From: an uncultured Bdellovibrio sp.
GTDB taxonomy: Bacteria; Bdellovibrionota; Bdellovibrionia; Bdellovibrionales; Bdellovibrionaceae
Length of the DNA stretch: 64,000 nt
Assembly: GCA_963932905.1 (NCBI GenBank)
Contig: CAWVRN010000003.1
Span: 128,001-192,000, forward strand
Direction of reading: 5' to 3'
The position numbers and the translations under genes were made by a program. The notes below the pieces were generated by a model. The model had not been told where the DNA came from, searched no databases, and saw nothing but the letters and a program-made list of their open reading frames with translations. Shown here piece after piece: positions 40,862 to 51,475 of this stretch; the stretch's first letter is position 1; each line of letters begins with the position of its first letter.

Positions 40862-41746
40862 ATGAGCCCATGGATCAATTATCACCACCTTTTTTATTTC
40901 AAAACCATCGCAGAAGAGGGCACTGTCTCTAAGGCCGCTGAAAAACTTCGCGTCGGACAACCCTCTTTGTCCGCGCAATTAAAGCAATTTGAAGCAACGC
41001 TCGGAGTGCAACTTTTCGAACGGCAACATAAAAAACTCATCCTTACCGAACAAGGCAAAGTCGCGTTAGACTATTCCAAAAGTATTTTTCGTATGGGGTC
41101 TGAAATGTTCGAAGTTTTACATGATCGCCTTAAGCCTTTAAAACCTTCGCTTCACCTGGGCGCTTTGGATAGCGTGCCGAAACAGATCGTCCTCCAGCTC
41201 GTTAAACATGCTTTCAGAATTTCGCCCTGCCAAATTACGTTATCTGAAGGTAAACCAGACGAGCTTTTGAGAGAACTCACTGCTCATCGAATGGATCTCA
41301 TGGTCACAAACTTCTTGCCTAGCGGAATAGACGCCAAGGGGCTCTACCCAAGATCTATCACAAAAAAGAATGTGGCCATTTACGGGGCCCCGAAATTCAA
41401 ATCACTACGAAAAGGTTTTCCAAAATCTATTTCCGGGGTTCCGATGATTTTACCAACTTATGATAGCCAGTTGAGGCAAGATTTAGACCACTGGGCCAAA
41501 ACTCATCAGATAGAACTTAATATAGTGATCGAAAGCCAAGACATCTCGGTCAAAAAACTTTTGGCCATAAATGAAATGGGTCTAGTGGCCACGGCTACAC
41601 ACACCGTCACAGGACAGATTTTAAGAGGCGAACTTATCGAGATTGGTCAACTGAAAGGCGTTTACGAAGAACTGTATCTCCTGACGGCACAACGGAAAAT
41701 TGAAAACCCTATCGCGGCCAAACTAAAGTCGTCATTTTTAGTATAG
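40862..41746 (+). CDS. LysR-family regulator, NhaR-like
   Basis: WINYHHLFYF..IA.EG.V.KAA..L...QP.LS.QLK; G..DS.PK. Confidence 0.92.
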   Translation: MSPWINYHHLFYFKTIAEEGTVSKAAEKLRVGQPSLSAQLKQFEATLGVQLFERQHKKLILTEQGKVALDYSKSIFRMGSEMFEVLHDRLKPLKPSLHLGALDSVPKQIVLQLVKHAFRISPCQITLSEGKPDELLRELTAHRMDLMVTNFLPSGIDAKGLYPRSITKKNVAIYGAPKFKSLRKGFPKSISGVPMILPTYDSQLRQDLDHWAKTHQIELNIVIESQDISVKKLLAINEMGLVATATHTVTGQILRGELIEIGQLKGVYEELYLLTAQRKIENPIAAKLKSSFLV

Positions 41747-41860
41747 TTAAAATGAATACAAAATAGAGTTATTATATATTTTAATGATTCAGTATTACTC
41801 CGTAGACTCGTTGTTAAGTGAGAGCGTTATGCTTGCACTTCTATCAAAAGGAGGATACGA

Positions 41861-42985
41861 ATGGTCACTTCAAAACAGAATGCTTTAAAACCACTTCTCG
41901 CTTCGAGAGACGGTGTGCACCTGACAGCTTATTTGGTCAATCGCGCAGACTTGATTGATATTAAATCACAGCTAAGAACAGCCATCGAAGAAGCCAATGA
42001 ATGGCTTTCTCCAGCAATGACCGACGACGACAGGAAGAGGTTTCTTGAACCTCTCGAATCACTACTCGCAGATGCGAGTGTGTTTCGACAAATGAAAGGC
42101 AACATCGGACTTTTCCGAAACGAAGTCTCGTTTCGAATTCTAAATATTCCCGTAGACGTTGAACCCAGTTGCCAAGTAGCCACCAGTTTTCATGTTAAGC
42201 CCCTCCTTAGATGGCTACAAGGTGATCAAGATTTTATCTTTTTAGGGTCAGAGAAAAACAAAGCCCACCTCTATTTTGGAAATCAAGACTCGTTTAAATT
42301 GATCGAAACGATTTGGTTTGACGGCGCCTCCTCACCCAGTTCTTCGAAGCCCAAGACCACACAAGCCGGAAAAATAAAAAAAGAAAATGTACATGTTTGG
42401 TTAAACGATTGGATTGACGAACTCACAAAGAAATCTAGACCAAAATTATTTTTGGCGGGAGATAAAAAAGTCATTCAGTCAGTATGTAAGCATGTAAAAT
42501 ATAAAAACATAATTACTACGCCAATATCTAATATATATATCGACAGTCTTTCCATTAAAGCGTGTCAAACCATTCGTAAAGTTCTTAAAAGTGATTCCGC
42601 AAAGTCACTAGAACGAGCATTACTTGAATTCAGATTTGCCGAAAGAGGAAATCGAGTTAAAAAAAATATTTTTCAAATTTCCAAAGCCGTGGTCCAAGGC
42701 AAAGTTCGAAAACTCGTTGTCACCGACGAGCTCAGCATTTTCGGTAAAATCGATCTAAAATCCGGCGGCCTCGCCATTCATCCTTTTGACCTCGATCACG
42801 AGGACGATTGCATACTCGATGATTTAGCTCAACTAGTTTTAGGCCAAGGCGGAGAAGTTATTGTCGCCAAACGAAATGAAATTCCAAATGGACGCCCCAT
42901 ACTGGCCATTTTAGATGATGACGATGAAAATATAGAAAAGATGGAAGACTTTCACTATCGAGATCTCGCGGAACGCTTTGGGTGA
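41861..42985 (+). CDS. Bacterial archaeo-eukaryotic release factor-like protein (baeRF3-like)
   Basis: SFHVKPLL, LFLAG, A...GKV..L, DD.LDDLA..V...GG.V C-terminal motif. Confidence 0.7.
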   Translation: MVTSKQNALKPLLASRDGVHLTAYLVNRADLIDIKSQLRTAIEEANEWLSPAMTDDDRKRFLEPLESLLADASVFRQMKGNIGLFRNEVSFRILNIPVDVEPSCQVATSFHVKPLLRWLQGDQDFIFLGSEKNKAHLYFGNQDSFKLIETIWFDGASSPSSSKPKTTQAGKIKKENVHVWLNDWIDELTKKSRPKLFLAGDKKVIQSVCKHVKYKNIITTPISNIYIDSLSIKACQTIRKVLKSDSAKSLERALLEFRFAERGNRVKKNIFQISKAVVQGKVRKLVVTDELSIFGKIDLKSGGLAIHPFDLDHEDDCILDDLAQLVLGQGGEVIVAKRNEIPNGRPILAILDDDDENIEKMEDFHYRDLAERFG

Positions 42986-43018
42986 AAACATATACAGATT
43001 CAAAAAAAGGAGTTAAAT

Positions 43019-43405
43019 ATGATTCTGGTAAAATTTAAAAACCTAGAAAAGTCCGAAATGGCCCGAAACGCCGTTCACGACAGAATTGAAGACCTTGTCG
43101 AAAAATTCTCCGATCTGAAAGAGAGCAAAATTCATGTGACACTGGATATGCAAAACTCACCAGTTCAGGTCGGTCCGGATCTGTTTAAAGTCAAACTTCA
43201 CGTATATCAAGGTCGCTTTGATGGTGTTACAGTTGAAAAATCAAATTCCAATTTGTACGTAGCTTTGGCCGATGTGGTGGACCACATGCTAGAGGTTCTA
43301 AATCGATACGGTGACCGGCAACGCACGAAAGAAAGAAAAAAGGCCAGAGCACTGACCAAATACAAAGAATTTGACCCCCAAATTGAAAGTGAAAAACGTG
43401 AATGA
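43019..43405 (+). CDS. HPF/RaiA-family ribosome-associated protein
   Basis: F.NLE.SE...V..RI..L.., ..LY.A...V...L...L pattern; AAGGAG RBS. Confidence 0.7.
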   Translation: MILVKFKNLEKSEMARNAVHDRIEDLVEKFSDLKESKIHVTLDMQNSPVQVGPDLFKVKLHVYQGRFDGVTVEKSNSNLYVALADVVDHMLEVLNRYGDRQRTKERKKARALTKYKEFDPQIESEKRE

Positions 43406-44346
43406 CCCATTTCGCTGGTTTCGATTTTATTATTCTTTTCTTTGTTCTGGGAGGCTTTGCCTCCTGGATCAATTCAGACCTAGAAATTCCAGAACCTATA
43501 TCTAAATTTTTGTCGATATTTTTACTACTGGCATTGGGTTTAAAGGGCGGACATGAAGTGCAAAGCGCTGACAATCTGACCGGCTTCACAACTACGCTGT
43601 CGCTGGGAATTGTTTCGTGTGTCGCTCTACCCATAGTTATGTTCTATTTACTGAAAAACAAACTTAGCATCGGAAATGCAGCGGCCATTTCGGCATCATA
43701 CGGTTCCGTCAGCGCCGTCACTTTTATAACGGCCCAAGGCCTACTAACCAACAAAGGTATGATTTTTAGCGGGTTTATGGTAGCGATCATGGCCTTAATG
43801 GAGATTCCCGGGATTCTGATTGGCGCCTATCTTTATAAAAAACATACCAAGAGCCTGGCTTTTGGAAAATCAATTTTTTTAAATATCTTGTCAGCAAAAT
43901 CAGTGATTCTTTTACTGGGCGGTTTCATCATCGGCTTGCTTATGAATGATAAAACTTGGCTGGGTGTCTCCCCTATGTTTCAGGATTTATTCAAGGGTGC
44001 ACTTGCTTTTTTCCTGCTCGACTTAGGCATCGCAGCTCAACGACGTATTCGCGAAGCCTGGACATTTAAAAGGGTTATCCTACCCATAGCAATACTCTTC
44101 CCATTATTTTGGGGAACGGTGTTTTTATTATTGGGCCATGCAGCCGGAGTCGCTCAGGGAGATCTCGTTCTACTGGGCACCTTGGTTGGCAGCGCTTCGT
44201 ACATTGCCGCCCCAGCAGCTATGAGATCGCTGATTGTCGACTCTAACCCTAGCCTCTATTTAGCTTTGCCACTGGCTCTGACATTCCCATTTAATTTAGC
44301 TGTGGGCATACCTTTCTATATTGAGTTAAGCAGTTGGCTAGCTTGA
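43402..44346 (+). CDS. sbtA: Sodium-dependent bicarbonate transporter
   Basis: SDLEIP, LL.A.G.KGG, YGSVSAVTF, FLLD.G, SASYIAAPAA, TFPFN...GIP. Confidence 0.9.
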   Translation: MTHFAGFDFIILFFVLGGFASWINSDLEIPEPISKFLSIFLLLALGLKGGHEVQSADNLTGFTTTLSLGIVSCVALPIVMFYLLKNKLSIGNAAAISASYGSVSAVTFITAQGLLTNKGMIFSGFMVAIMALMEIPGILIGAYLYKKHTKSLAFGKSIFLNILSAKSVILLLGGFIIGLLMNDKTWLGVSPMFQDLFKGALAFFLLDLGIAAQRRIREAWTFKRVILPIAILFPLFWGTVFLLLGHAAGVAQGDLVLLGTLVGSASYIAAPAAMRSLIVDSNPSLYLALPLALTFPFNLAVGIPFYIELSSWLA

Positions 44347-44595
44347 AAATTTTAATTACAAGAGTCAGGTCTAAAATTGATATTATTTTTGCTAATTTAA
44401 CAATTTGTGGAATCAATTGGACCTGAAACAGTGATATCTTCCGTCTTAAGGAAGTGCAGTACCGGAACGAAAACCATTACAACCGTTCTCCCTATTTTGT
44501 CACTACTGCCGACGTCCCTGTAAAGTGTCACTGAAGTAACTGTGGGTAGCCTCTCTGGCAACGTATAACGGCATACCTATTGTAAATTTGAAGAT

Positions 44596-47500
44596 ATGCG
44601 CCTAGGTCTTTTTATTCCTCTATGTATCCTAATTATTTTCGCTTTTAAATCCTCCTACGCGCTTGCGGATGATGTCTCAAAAAAAGACAATCTCTATGAT
44701 CAAGTTGGTGAACTTCTTCAAAACGATTCTTACTTCCGCGCCGGCTGGACTTCATTATTAGAAAGCCTGAAAGCTAATTCCATTTCTGAAATCATCAGCT
44801 ACAATGGTGGTCTAGCAACCGAAAACCTGGAACTGGCCGCACAATGGAATCGCGAGCTATACAAAATTTACGATGAATTGATCGTTGGTTTTGAAGATAA
44901 AATGCAAGGTCGCAGGCCGCTGATCCTGATTTCTGACGGCCCTAGTACTTCCATCGAAGTTGGGAAAATACACACTCAAAACATAATCGACGGTATTGCC
45001 AAACGGCTGAAACTTTCTACCCAAAGTCTTTACGTGATTGTCGTGTCAACCCGTACGCTGAATGAATTTGGTTCCGTTCGCGATCAAATCGCCGGGCAAT
45101 TGGCGCATGAACTGACTCACATCAAAAATGGTGACCTAGATAAATCCGGTGCAAGTGGCTTTATCAGTCGTGCCCACTCTAAAGGAAACGAAACCGCTGC
45201 CGATCTGGGCGCCATTGAATTCTGCAAGGGGAAATTTTCTTTGCGTAGCCTGATCAACAATTTTTCAAGGCTTCAGGTGGTTCATTCAAATAAAAACAAA
45301 CCATCGATAGTCAGTACTTTAACTCGAGCCCATCCCGCCGATGAAGTAAGGCAAAATTCGTCCGCCCTTTCTGCCATTGATTTATTAATGATGTATCCTC
45401 AGTACGATATCGCTGAAACCAAATTGAAAATTCCGCATTTCGGGTTGTATTCAAAAATCGACTACGCTAGTGCGGTCGAGCGCGCCCAAATAGTTCAAAT
45501 ACTTTTGTCGTCAAGTCATAAATTAAATGAATCTGAATTTATGAAATTAAAAATCTCCGTTCGCAAACTGACACCGCATGAATCCGTAGAAATCCAAAAC
45601 GAAGTTTTAGATCGCGTAATGTCGCAACCATCAAAGGACATTTCTCTTAACGCTAGCACCGTTACCGATCTTTTAAAATTACCCAACAAGTTAGCAGAAA
45701 TCGACCTACAAAATACTTTAACCGACTCTACGTTTGTTCGTTGGTTTGATCAGGTAGGAAAATTCATAAACGAGATCAATCTGGACATGCTTTCTTCAAA
45801 AGAAAGAGAGTCGTTGTTTAAACTTGTCCTGAAACCAGAAAACACCGACTACCTTATTCGTCACAGACAAGATGGGTCGGTAAAACAATTTTTTGAAAAT
45901 GTTTTAGTTCCCATTTTCAAAGACACCGGAATGTGGGCCGTTTTTTTTGATAGTCCGCTATCGCTTGAATTAATTCGCCACCTAAAGCAATCATCACTGC
46001 CCGTTACCGAACACGAAGTCGTCAATCTAGAATCGATAACTCGACGACATTATACCTATTTTCAAAACCTACCGGGATCCCAATCTGTGTACTGGTATTA
46101 CCAACAAGCCAAAAAAACCTATTACAGCCAGGTCAGTATCAACGCAACAAATTTAGGCAAAGACTTCGTCATCGATAGCATTTTAGAAACTCTACAGACC
46201 AAGGAACTCAAAGGTTTAGAAACCAAATTCCCCAAAACTATATCATTTGAAAATTATAAAAAAAAAGATGACGTCAAAAAACTCGTTCTCAGCCTGAGTC
46301 AAAATTTCGATTGGCAAATTGAATTTATTCAAAGGTTATCTTCACGTATCCCGCCATATTCTATTTTCCATAACGGGTTCGCGGGTGATTTTGATTTAAA
46401 TGACGAAATAAAAAAAATATTCTATCGAACTCTGGCGTCTGAAAGGACAACCACGGAACAAAAAATATTAATTTTTAAGTTGTTACTAAAATCTAATATT
46501 CACTTTGATGGCAAAGGAATGAATTTCCTTAGCTCGGCCTACAAACAGTTTACTCCAGACCAACGACGCAGTTTGTTCTACCCAAAAGAATTGCTAGCAT
46601 TGACGGATGACGACTTTAGTAAAATCCAACAAAAAGAGCATTCCGGCCACGAGCACAATAGTATATTGTTTCGGTCCGGTTCCTACTACGTTGAGCTTGT
46701 AGAGCTTTTTTACAAACGTGGCCTAGAGTTTCCTTTAACTGGCAAGGAACTAAGTCAGCTAATCAAATTTTTCGAAGCCACTGGACAGCACTATACGCTA
46801 AACACAAAGAGTCACGTCGTTAAATATTTAGTTTCTGAATTAATTAAGCATAAATCTGAAGTCCCATTCGAAGAATTTGCAAAAAGCTTTCAGATTCTTT
46901 TGAACCGTGTAGCCTACCCGGCTTCAAGGCCAGCGGTCCAACATGTCTTCCCCCATCAACTAGATGAATTTTCAAATGCATTTAAAGAATCGCTTCAACA
47001 AACAGGAACGTGGGATTTACGAACAGTGGCTAAATTTGCAGACCACAATGCCATGTTCCTTAACCTTTCCACCGCTTCGGTAGCCGAACTAATGGAAAAA
47101 CATTTCGAGCAAATCTTAGCGATCGAAAATCGTGACTATAAGCTATCATCCGCTCAAAACATGTTTAAAGAATTTCGAAAAACCTACTACCTGCATGTTA
47201 GTCATCGAACGGCGTACTTAAATCTGTTTGAAAAATCGTTGGCATTGATGCAGGTGACTCCAGCTGAGTATAAAAGTTTCAGATCCAACGCGTTGGATGT
47301 CGATGGTCTTAGTTTGGATCGTCCAAGTATTTTGGATAAAATGCTAGTTGATTTTGGTGATGGCATTATCGAATGGACAATGAACCAAGAGCCTAAAAAT
47401 CAACTAGAGTTTATTGACTATATAATGAACTCAGAAAAACCCTTGCCTGGATGGGTCACAGAGGAAACACAAAAAAAATCCCGAAATGGCGAAATTGCAG

Positions 47501-49128
47501 AATACGTATCAGATGTGCTAGAGAAAGTTGAAAATCTGAAAAGCATCTATCTTCGATCAGATCCCGTTATGCAATCGGCAGTGATCAGCTATTTCCTTAC
47601 GAATAGTCGTCGGGGACTTTTACAGTCGACCACTCATGAGGATATTCTATTGAAGCGGTTAACCAAAGGTATGTCGCCCAATCAAACTGAAATGGTAATG
47701 GCATTCTATCGCGCGATGAAAAAAACAGAACCAAATTTCTACACCCACATGCTGTCACGGGCTGTTGTCCTGAAGAATCAAAATCGCGGAAAATCCACCG
47801 ACCCTTCTCCGCTTTTAGTACCGGTAGTAGAGTATTTTGATGTCCCAGGAATTAAGCTTGCGCAACTGTCGCATTTCGGGTTTGACGGGGCCGAGAAAAT
47901 GGAAGGCTTTGAAAAATTTTACGAATCGGCGGTAGTTCTTTCTAATTCGCAAATACTGGATCACATCGCCGAACTCTATGGTGATCGTTTTCCTGCTCAG
48001 TGGAGATTTATTAAACCGCTTGGTTTTGGTTCTGCCAATTATGCTGTTTTAATCTATGATGAAAATGAAAAACGCGAATTTGTTTTAAATATTCCAAGGA
48101 AAAATATTGCCGCAATATCCAGTCAAAAGTTTACGCACTTTCAAACGTTTTTGAATCATTTAAATAGTGAGCTTCAGGGTAAAGGAGAAGTTATAGAACT
48201 TTTGGGCGGTCTATCTAAATTCCTTAAGAGGTCCATGGAACTAGAATTCGATCGCGCCCGTGTATTCCAAAGAACCAAGCAAGCTTCAAATATATATCGA
48301 GGAAGGGCAAAAGGTTGGAAGTTCGTTCCGGTCCAGGTCGGTAACGTCGATGCAAACGGAGTCATCAGTATGAGTCGCGCTCAAGGCGAATCGTTGGCCA
48401 GTTTAGAAAAATCCAATCCAAAACTATTTCGAAAAAGCTCTGAAGCGATTGCCGATTTCTTGGGTGATCGACTATTAAATCAAAACGAGACCGTTCGCCT
48501 AAATACCAATGGCGACTGGCACCCGGGGCAATTTTTTGTTGATCGAACTACGTCACAATTTTCCATTTTAGATTTTGGACAAGAGTCAGAAATGACCGAA
48601 AACGAACTTATCTTCGCCAAAGACCTATTGACGATTCTTTCCGCCGATGAATTTGCAAAACATACCAATTTCGATCGCGACCAGGCGTTTGCACTATTAC
48701 AAAAAAGCCTTTCCGAACACATGGGAGTTACACTTTCTGCAAAAAGATTAGATGGCTTCACACACGCTATGGATCGCTCGACATCCATGTCACGTTTTAT
48801 TTACCTAGTTAGTTATCTGGAAAATCAAGGCATCCAAGTCCCGGTCACATCAGGGCACTGGATCAAAGAAGTAAATGCCATCCTAAATTTTGAACGCGAA
48901 GCGGGCGTGAAAAACAGATTCTCTGACAAATTAAAAACAGAACTTTTTAATCACCTACGGTCCCGCCGTCCCGATGTGAAAATCAAACTAAACTCCATCT
49001 GGGGCGACCGTATGGCTAGAATGAAATCGTTATTTACTCAGGCGAAACAAAAAACAGTATCCCTGTTTAGAAAACAAAAAGAAGCACCGACCGATGAATC
49101 TAATGCCTGTCTAAAATTTTACAAATGA
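44596..49128 (+). CDS. Large secreted protein: N-terminal M48-like zinc peptidase plus C-terminal ABC1/UbiB-like atypical kinase
   Basis: Signal peptide; LAHELTH...E.AAD...HP...R; IKLAQL, PLG.GS, ELEF, DWHPGQ, LDFG. Confidence 0.75.
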   Translation: MRLGLFIPLCILIIFAFKSSYALADDVSKKDNLYDQVGELLQNDSYFRAGWTSLLESLKANSISEIISYNGGLATENLELAAQWNRELYKIYDELIVGFEDKMQGRRPLILISDGPSTSIEVGKIHTQNIIDGIAKRLKLSTQSLYVIVVSTRTLNEFGSVRDQIAGQLAHELTHIKNGDLDKSGASGFISRAHSKGNETAADLGAIEFCKGKFSLRSLINNFSRLQVVHSNKNKPSIVSTLTRAHPADEVRQNSSALSAIDLLMMYPQYDIAETKLKIPHFGLYSKIDYASAVERAQIVQILLSSSHKLNESEFMKLKISVRKLTPHESVEIQNEVLDRVMSQPSKDISLNASTVTDLLKLPNKLAEIDLQNTLTDSTFVRWFDQVGKFINEINLDMLSSKERESLFKLVLKPENTDYLIRHRQDGSVKQFFENVLVPIFKDTGMWAVFFDSPLSLELIRHLKQSSLPVTEHEVVNLESITRRHYTYFQNLPGSQSVYWYYQQAKKTYYSQVSINATNLGKDFVIDSILETLQTKELKGLETKFPKTISFENYKKKDDVKKLVLSLSQNFDWQIEFIQRLSSRIPPYSIFHNGFAGDFDLNDEIKKIFYRTLASERTTTEQKILIFKLLLKSNIHFDGKGMNFLSSAYKQFTPDQRRSLFYPKELLALTDDDFSKIQQKEHSGHEHNSILFRSGSYYVELVELFYKRGLEFPLTGKELSQLIKFFEATGQHYTLNTKSHVVKYLVSELIKHKSEVPFEEFAKSFQILLNRVAYPASRPAVQHVFPHQLDEFSNAFKESLQQTGTWDLRTVAKFADHNAMFLNLSTASVAELMEKHFEQILAIENRDYKLSSAQNMFKEFRKTYYLHVSHRTAYLNLFEKSLALMQVTPAEYKSFRSNALDVDGLSLDRPSILDKMLVDFGDGIIEWTMNQEPKNQLEFIDYIMNSEKPLPGWVTEETQKKSRNGEIAEYVSDVLEKVENLKSIYLRSDPVMQSAVISYFLTNSRRGLLQSTTHEDILLKRLTKGMSPNQTEMVMAFYRAMKKTEPNFYTHMLSRAVVLKNQNRGKSTDPSPLLVPVVEYFDVPGIKLAQLSHFGFDGAEKMEGFEKFYESAVVLSNSQILDHIAELYGDRFPAQWRFIKPLGFGSANYAVLIYDENEKREFVLNIPRKNIAAISSQKFTHFQTFLNHLNSELQGKGEVIELLGGLSKFLKRSMELEFDRARVFQRTKQASNIYRGRAKGWKFVPVQVGNVDANGVISMSRAQGESLASLEKSNPKLFRKSSEAIADFLGDRLLNQNETVRLNTNGDWHPGQFFVDRTTSQFSILDFGQESEMTENELIFAKDLLTILSADEFAKHTNFDRDQAFALLQKSLSEHMGVTLSAKRLDGFTHAMDRSTSMSRFIYLVSYLENQGIQVPVTSGHWIKEVNAILNFEREAGVKNRFSDKLKTELFNHLRSRRPDVKIKLNSIWGDRMARMKSLFTQAKQKTVSLFRKQKEAPTDESNACLKFYK

Positions 49129-49389
49129 TATTATAGCGAGAAAAACCCTATTTTAGAGCGATGATACCGCAGTCCATGGACCAGATCCTAAACACAGAAT
49201 GATTTCTTCGGCCTAAATATTTTTAGACGATTTTCCCGTAGAAGGAAAAATGGCGCGATATGCGCTAAAATCGACGGCGCCGGGAAACCATGTCGCCCTG
49301 CCAAGACCAAACCAGGAAACTATTTCCGAATGTTTGTAAAATCCAAATATTCCGTTGCTTCAGGATACTTTCGCCCTTAGAAGTGTCCT

Positions 49390-49740
49390 ATGCATAATTT
49401 AACTAAAGAACAGATCATGGTCATTTCAGATTCTATGCGCCAAGAAAACGGCGCTACTCACGAAGAAGTTTCAAATTTATTGAAACGTGCAATGACCGTA
49501 GGGGATTTAAAAAAACTACTAACTACCGTTGACGATTCTCTTCCCGTTGAACTTGAAGTCATTATGGAAATTTCTGAAGATGGACAGTGCACGGCTCAGC
49601 CTGGTCTAGCGATTCATCATTATCAAGTTCAAAGTGGGGATGATGGGTACCCTCGATTAACTTTAGTCGGCGCTCAACCGCAAAACGTCGAGTTGTACGC
49701 AGAGGCCTTTGAGTTAGATCTTCCAGTGCAACCCAACTAA
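49390..49740 (+). CDS. Small acidic hypothetical protein
   Basis: ORF with MTV.DLK..L...DD.LPV motif. Confidence 0.6.
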   Translation: MHNLTKEQIMVISDSMRQENGATHEEVSNLLKRAMTVGDLKKLLTTVDDSLPVELEVIMEISEDGQCTAQPGLAIHHYQVQSGDDGYPRLTLVGAQPQNVELYAEAFELDLPVQPN

Positions 49741-49750
49741 ATTAGAGTCA

Positions 49751-49927
49751 ATGAAAACCCAAGAACCAAATCCAATACTTCAACTCTTAAAGCAAAAAGA
49801 AGCGACTCAAAAGGCCGCTAAGAATTTTGGTTTCTTCGGTAAATCAAAACCCAGCGCATTTTCACGGCCCAGCAATTCCAGCCGACCAACACATCGTGGT
49901 GGCCGCAATGGTCACGGCAAACCGTAG
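49751..49927 (+). CDS. Small basic protein (58 aa, MKTQEPNPILQLLK...HRGGRNGHGKP)
   Basis: Read by eye, below ORF-track cutoff; 10 nt after the upstream stop; Lys/Arg/Gly-rich. Confidence 0.45.
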   Translation: MKTQEPNPILQLLKQKEATQKAAKNFGFFGKSKPSAFSRPSNSSRPTHRGGRNGHGKP

Positions 49928-49964
49928 ATCGCTACCATTGGTGGTTCTGTTTTAATTGAGCGTT

Positions 49965-50092
49965 CTACCAGAGACTGGACGATATTGCCAGAAATGGGCC
50001 GATCCCGAGTCTATGCATTCAATCCAAAATCACCTCTCTTAAAACCAGTGAAAGAACCAAAGTGGAAAACCGCCACTGAAGAACAAATAGGT
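49965..50092 (+). pseudogene. Multiply deleted remnant of a paralogue of the 53746-54685 wHTH/NTase module
   Basis: Three joined pieces similar to 53746-53772, 53984-54051 and 54147-54190. Confidence 0.85.
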
Positions 50093-50097
50093 TGGAC

Positions 50098-51327
50098 TCA
50101 ATTTGAGTAAATTAAGTCTGAGTACACATAACCGTCCAATTCAGCAGTCAATATTGGAAAATCCTTGTTCGTAATGGTAACAACGATATGACGATTTACA
50201 TTTGTTTTTGGGTCATGAAAATAGGTTTCAAATTGCACCGATGTTTCAAGCATACCAAAATCCTTCGACGAAAGAACCCCATGCCTATCCATAAAAACTC
50301 TTTGCTCCGCGGGAAGAACCAATTTTAAAATAGGTTCCCACTTAATGTCTCGTTGGCCATTTTTACGTTCTACCAACTGAACTTTTTGCCTATCACCCGA
50401 CTTAGAAACAAAATCCAAATCTAAAACGTACTGACCATCTTGCATTGAATATTCGTAGTAGGCACAAAGAGGATTAATAGTTAGATGAAAGAACTTCTTT
50501 AATCGTATTTCAGCAGGACTCCATGAACCAGGCTTAACTGCATAATTTGGACTATTCGGGTTTACAATACTGAACCAGCACGTTCCACTTCGCTTGGAAC
50601 TCGTATCCTGATTATAAGAAGCTCTCACCTTAAAAAGATCGGCCAAATAGAAATCGCTGCGGACCTTATCAAGAGTATAGTGCTGCCAAAAATTATTAGT
50701 CGTAACAAACCTTACATAAGAATCACGCATTAATGGAATTCGATCAGAATGAGAAAGTCCAAACACATGACCAAGTTCGTGCACAACCGTCAATTGCGTC
50801 GTCCAGCCATCAAATTCGCTCCATGTCTTTGGCCACATTAACTCTGGATCCAAGGCCAAAGGACCGCGTTCAGGAGCTAAATAAATAAAACCTTTACCAC
50901 GAAGGTGTACTCGGTCGTAATCCGTCCTGACGGCCATCGCAATTTTTTTATCAATTCCGGAAAGGTTTTGAAGCTGCTCCAAACTTAAAACACCAAATTG
51001 AAAACGAAGATCAGTTGATGGAGCGCAGTCTTCGTAAGTAAACACCTGTTTACCAACTGGGAAGTCGGCATCTGCATAGTAGGACTCTGCGAACTGCCTA
51101 GTCCAAAATTTAAGAGCTCTTTCAACAATCATTTCTAGTTGTGGTTTTTTAAGGCTAAAGTTAGTTTCGTCAACTTGAATGCAGTAACGGACATTCTTGT
51201 TATTGTTTAAAAACCAAGGGTTATCGGTATCACTCTGGATTTGACCACCGCCTACGACCCAACCGCCCGCGTAGGAATAGCATGATCCAAACAACATACA
51301 AAGGATAAATAAATTTGTAAGTTTCAT
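50098..51327 (-). CDS. Secreted metzincin-type zinc metalloprotease
   Basis: HELGHVFGLSH plus Met-turn (PLMR); signal peptide followed by GGWVVGGG. Confidence 0.85.
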   Translation of the reverse strand: MKLTNLFILCMLFGSCYSYAGGWVVGGGQIQSDTDNPWFLNNNKNVRYCIQVDETNFSLKKPQLEMIVERALKFWTRQFAESYYADADFPVGKQVFTYEDCAPSTDLRFQFGVLSLEQLQNLSGIDKKIAMAVRTDYDRVHLRGKGFIYLAPERGPLALDPELMWPKTWSEFDGWTTQLTVVHELGHVFGLSHSDRIPLMRDSYVRFVTTNNFWQHYTLDKVRSDFYLADLFKVRASYNQDTSSKRSGTCWFSIVNPNSPNYAVKPGSWSPAEIRLKKFFHLTINPLCAYYEYSMQDGQYVLDLDFVSKSGDRQKVQLVERKNGQRDIKWEPILKLVLPAEQRVFMDRHGVLSSKDFGMLETSVQFETYFHDPKTNVNRHIVVTITNKDFPILTAELDGYVYSDLIYSN

Positions 51328-51475
51328 TTCTCGAACTCCTCTCTATTTTTCTACCTAAATTAGAACAGCATGGTGTTTCTACTGTTATATGGAGACTTGA
51401 TTAAGTAAATTATTTAGTTAATAATTTTAATTAAATTGGTTAACTTTTTATTAACATCATATCACCCAGGATACT

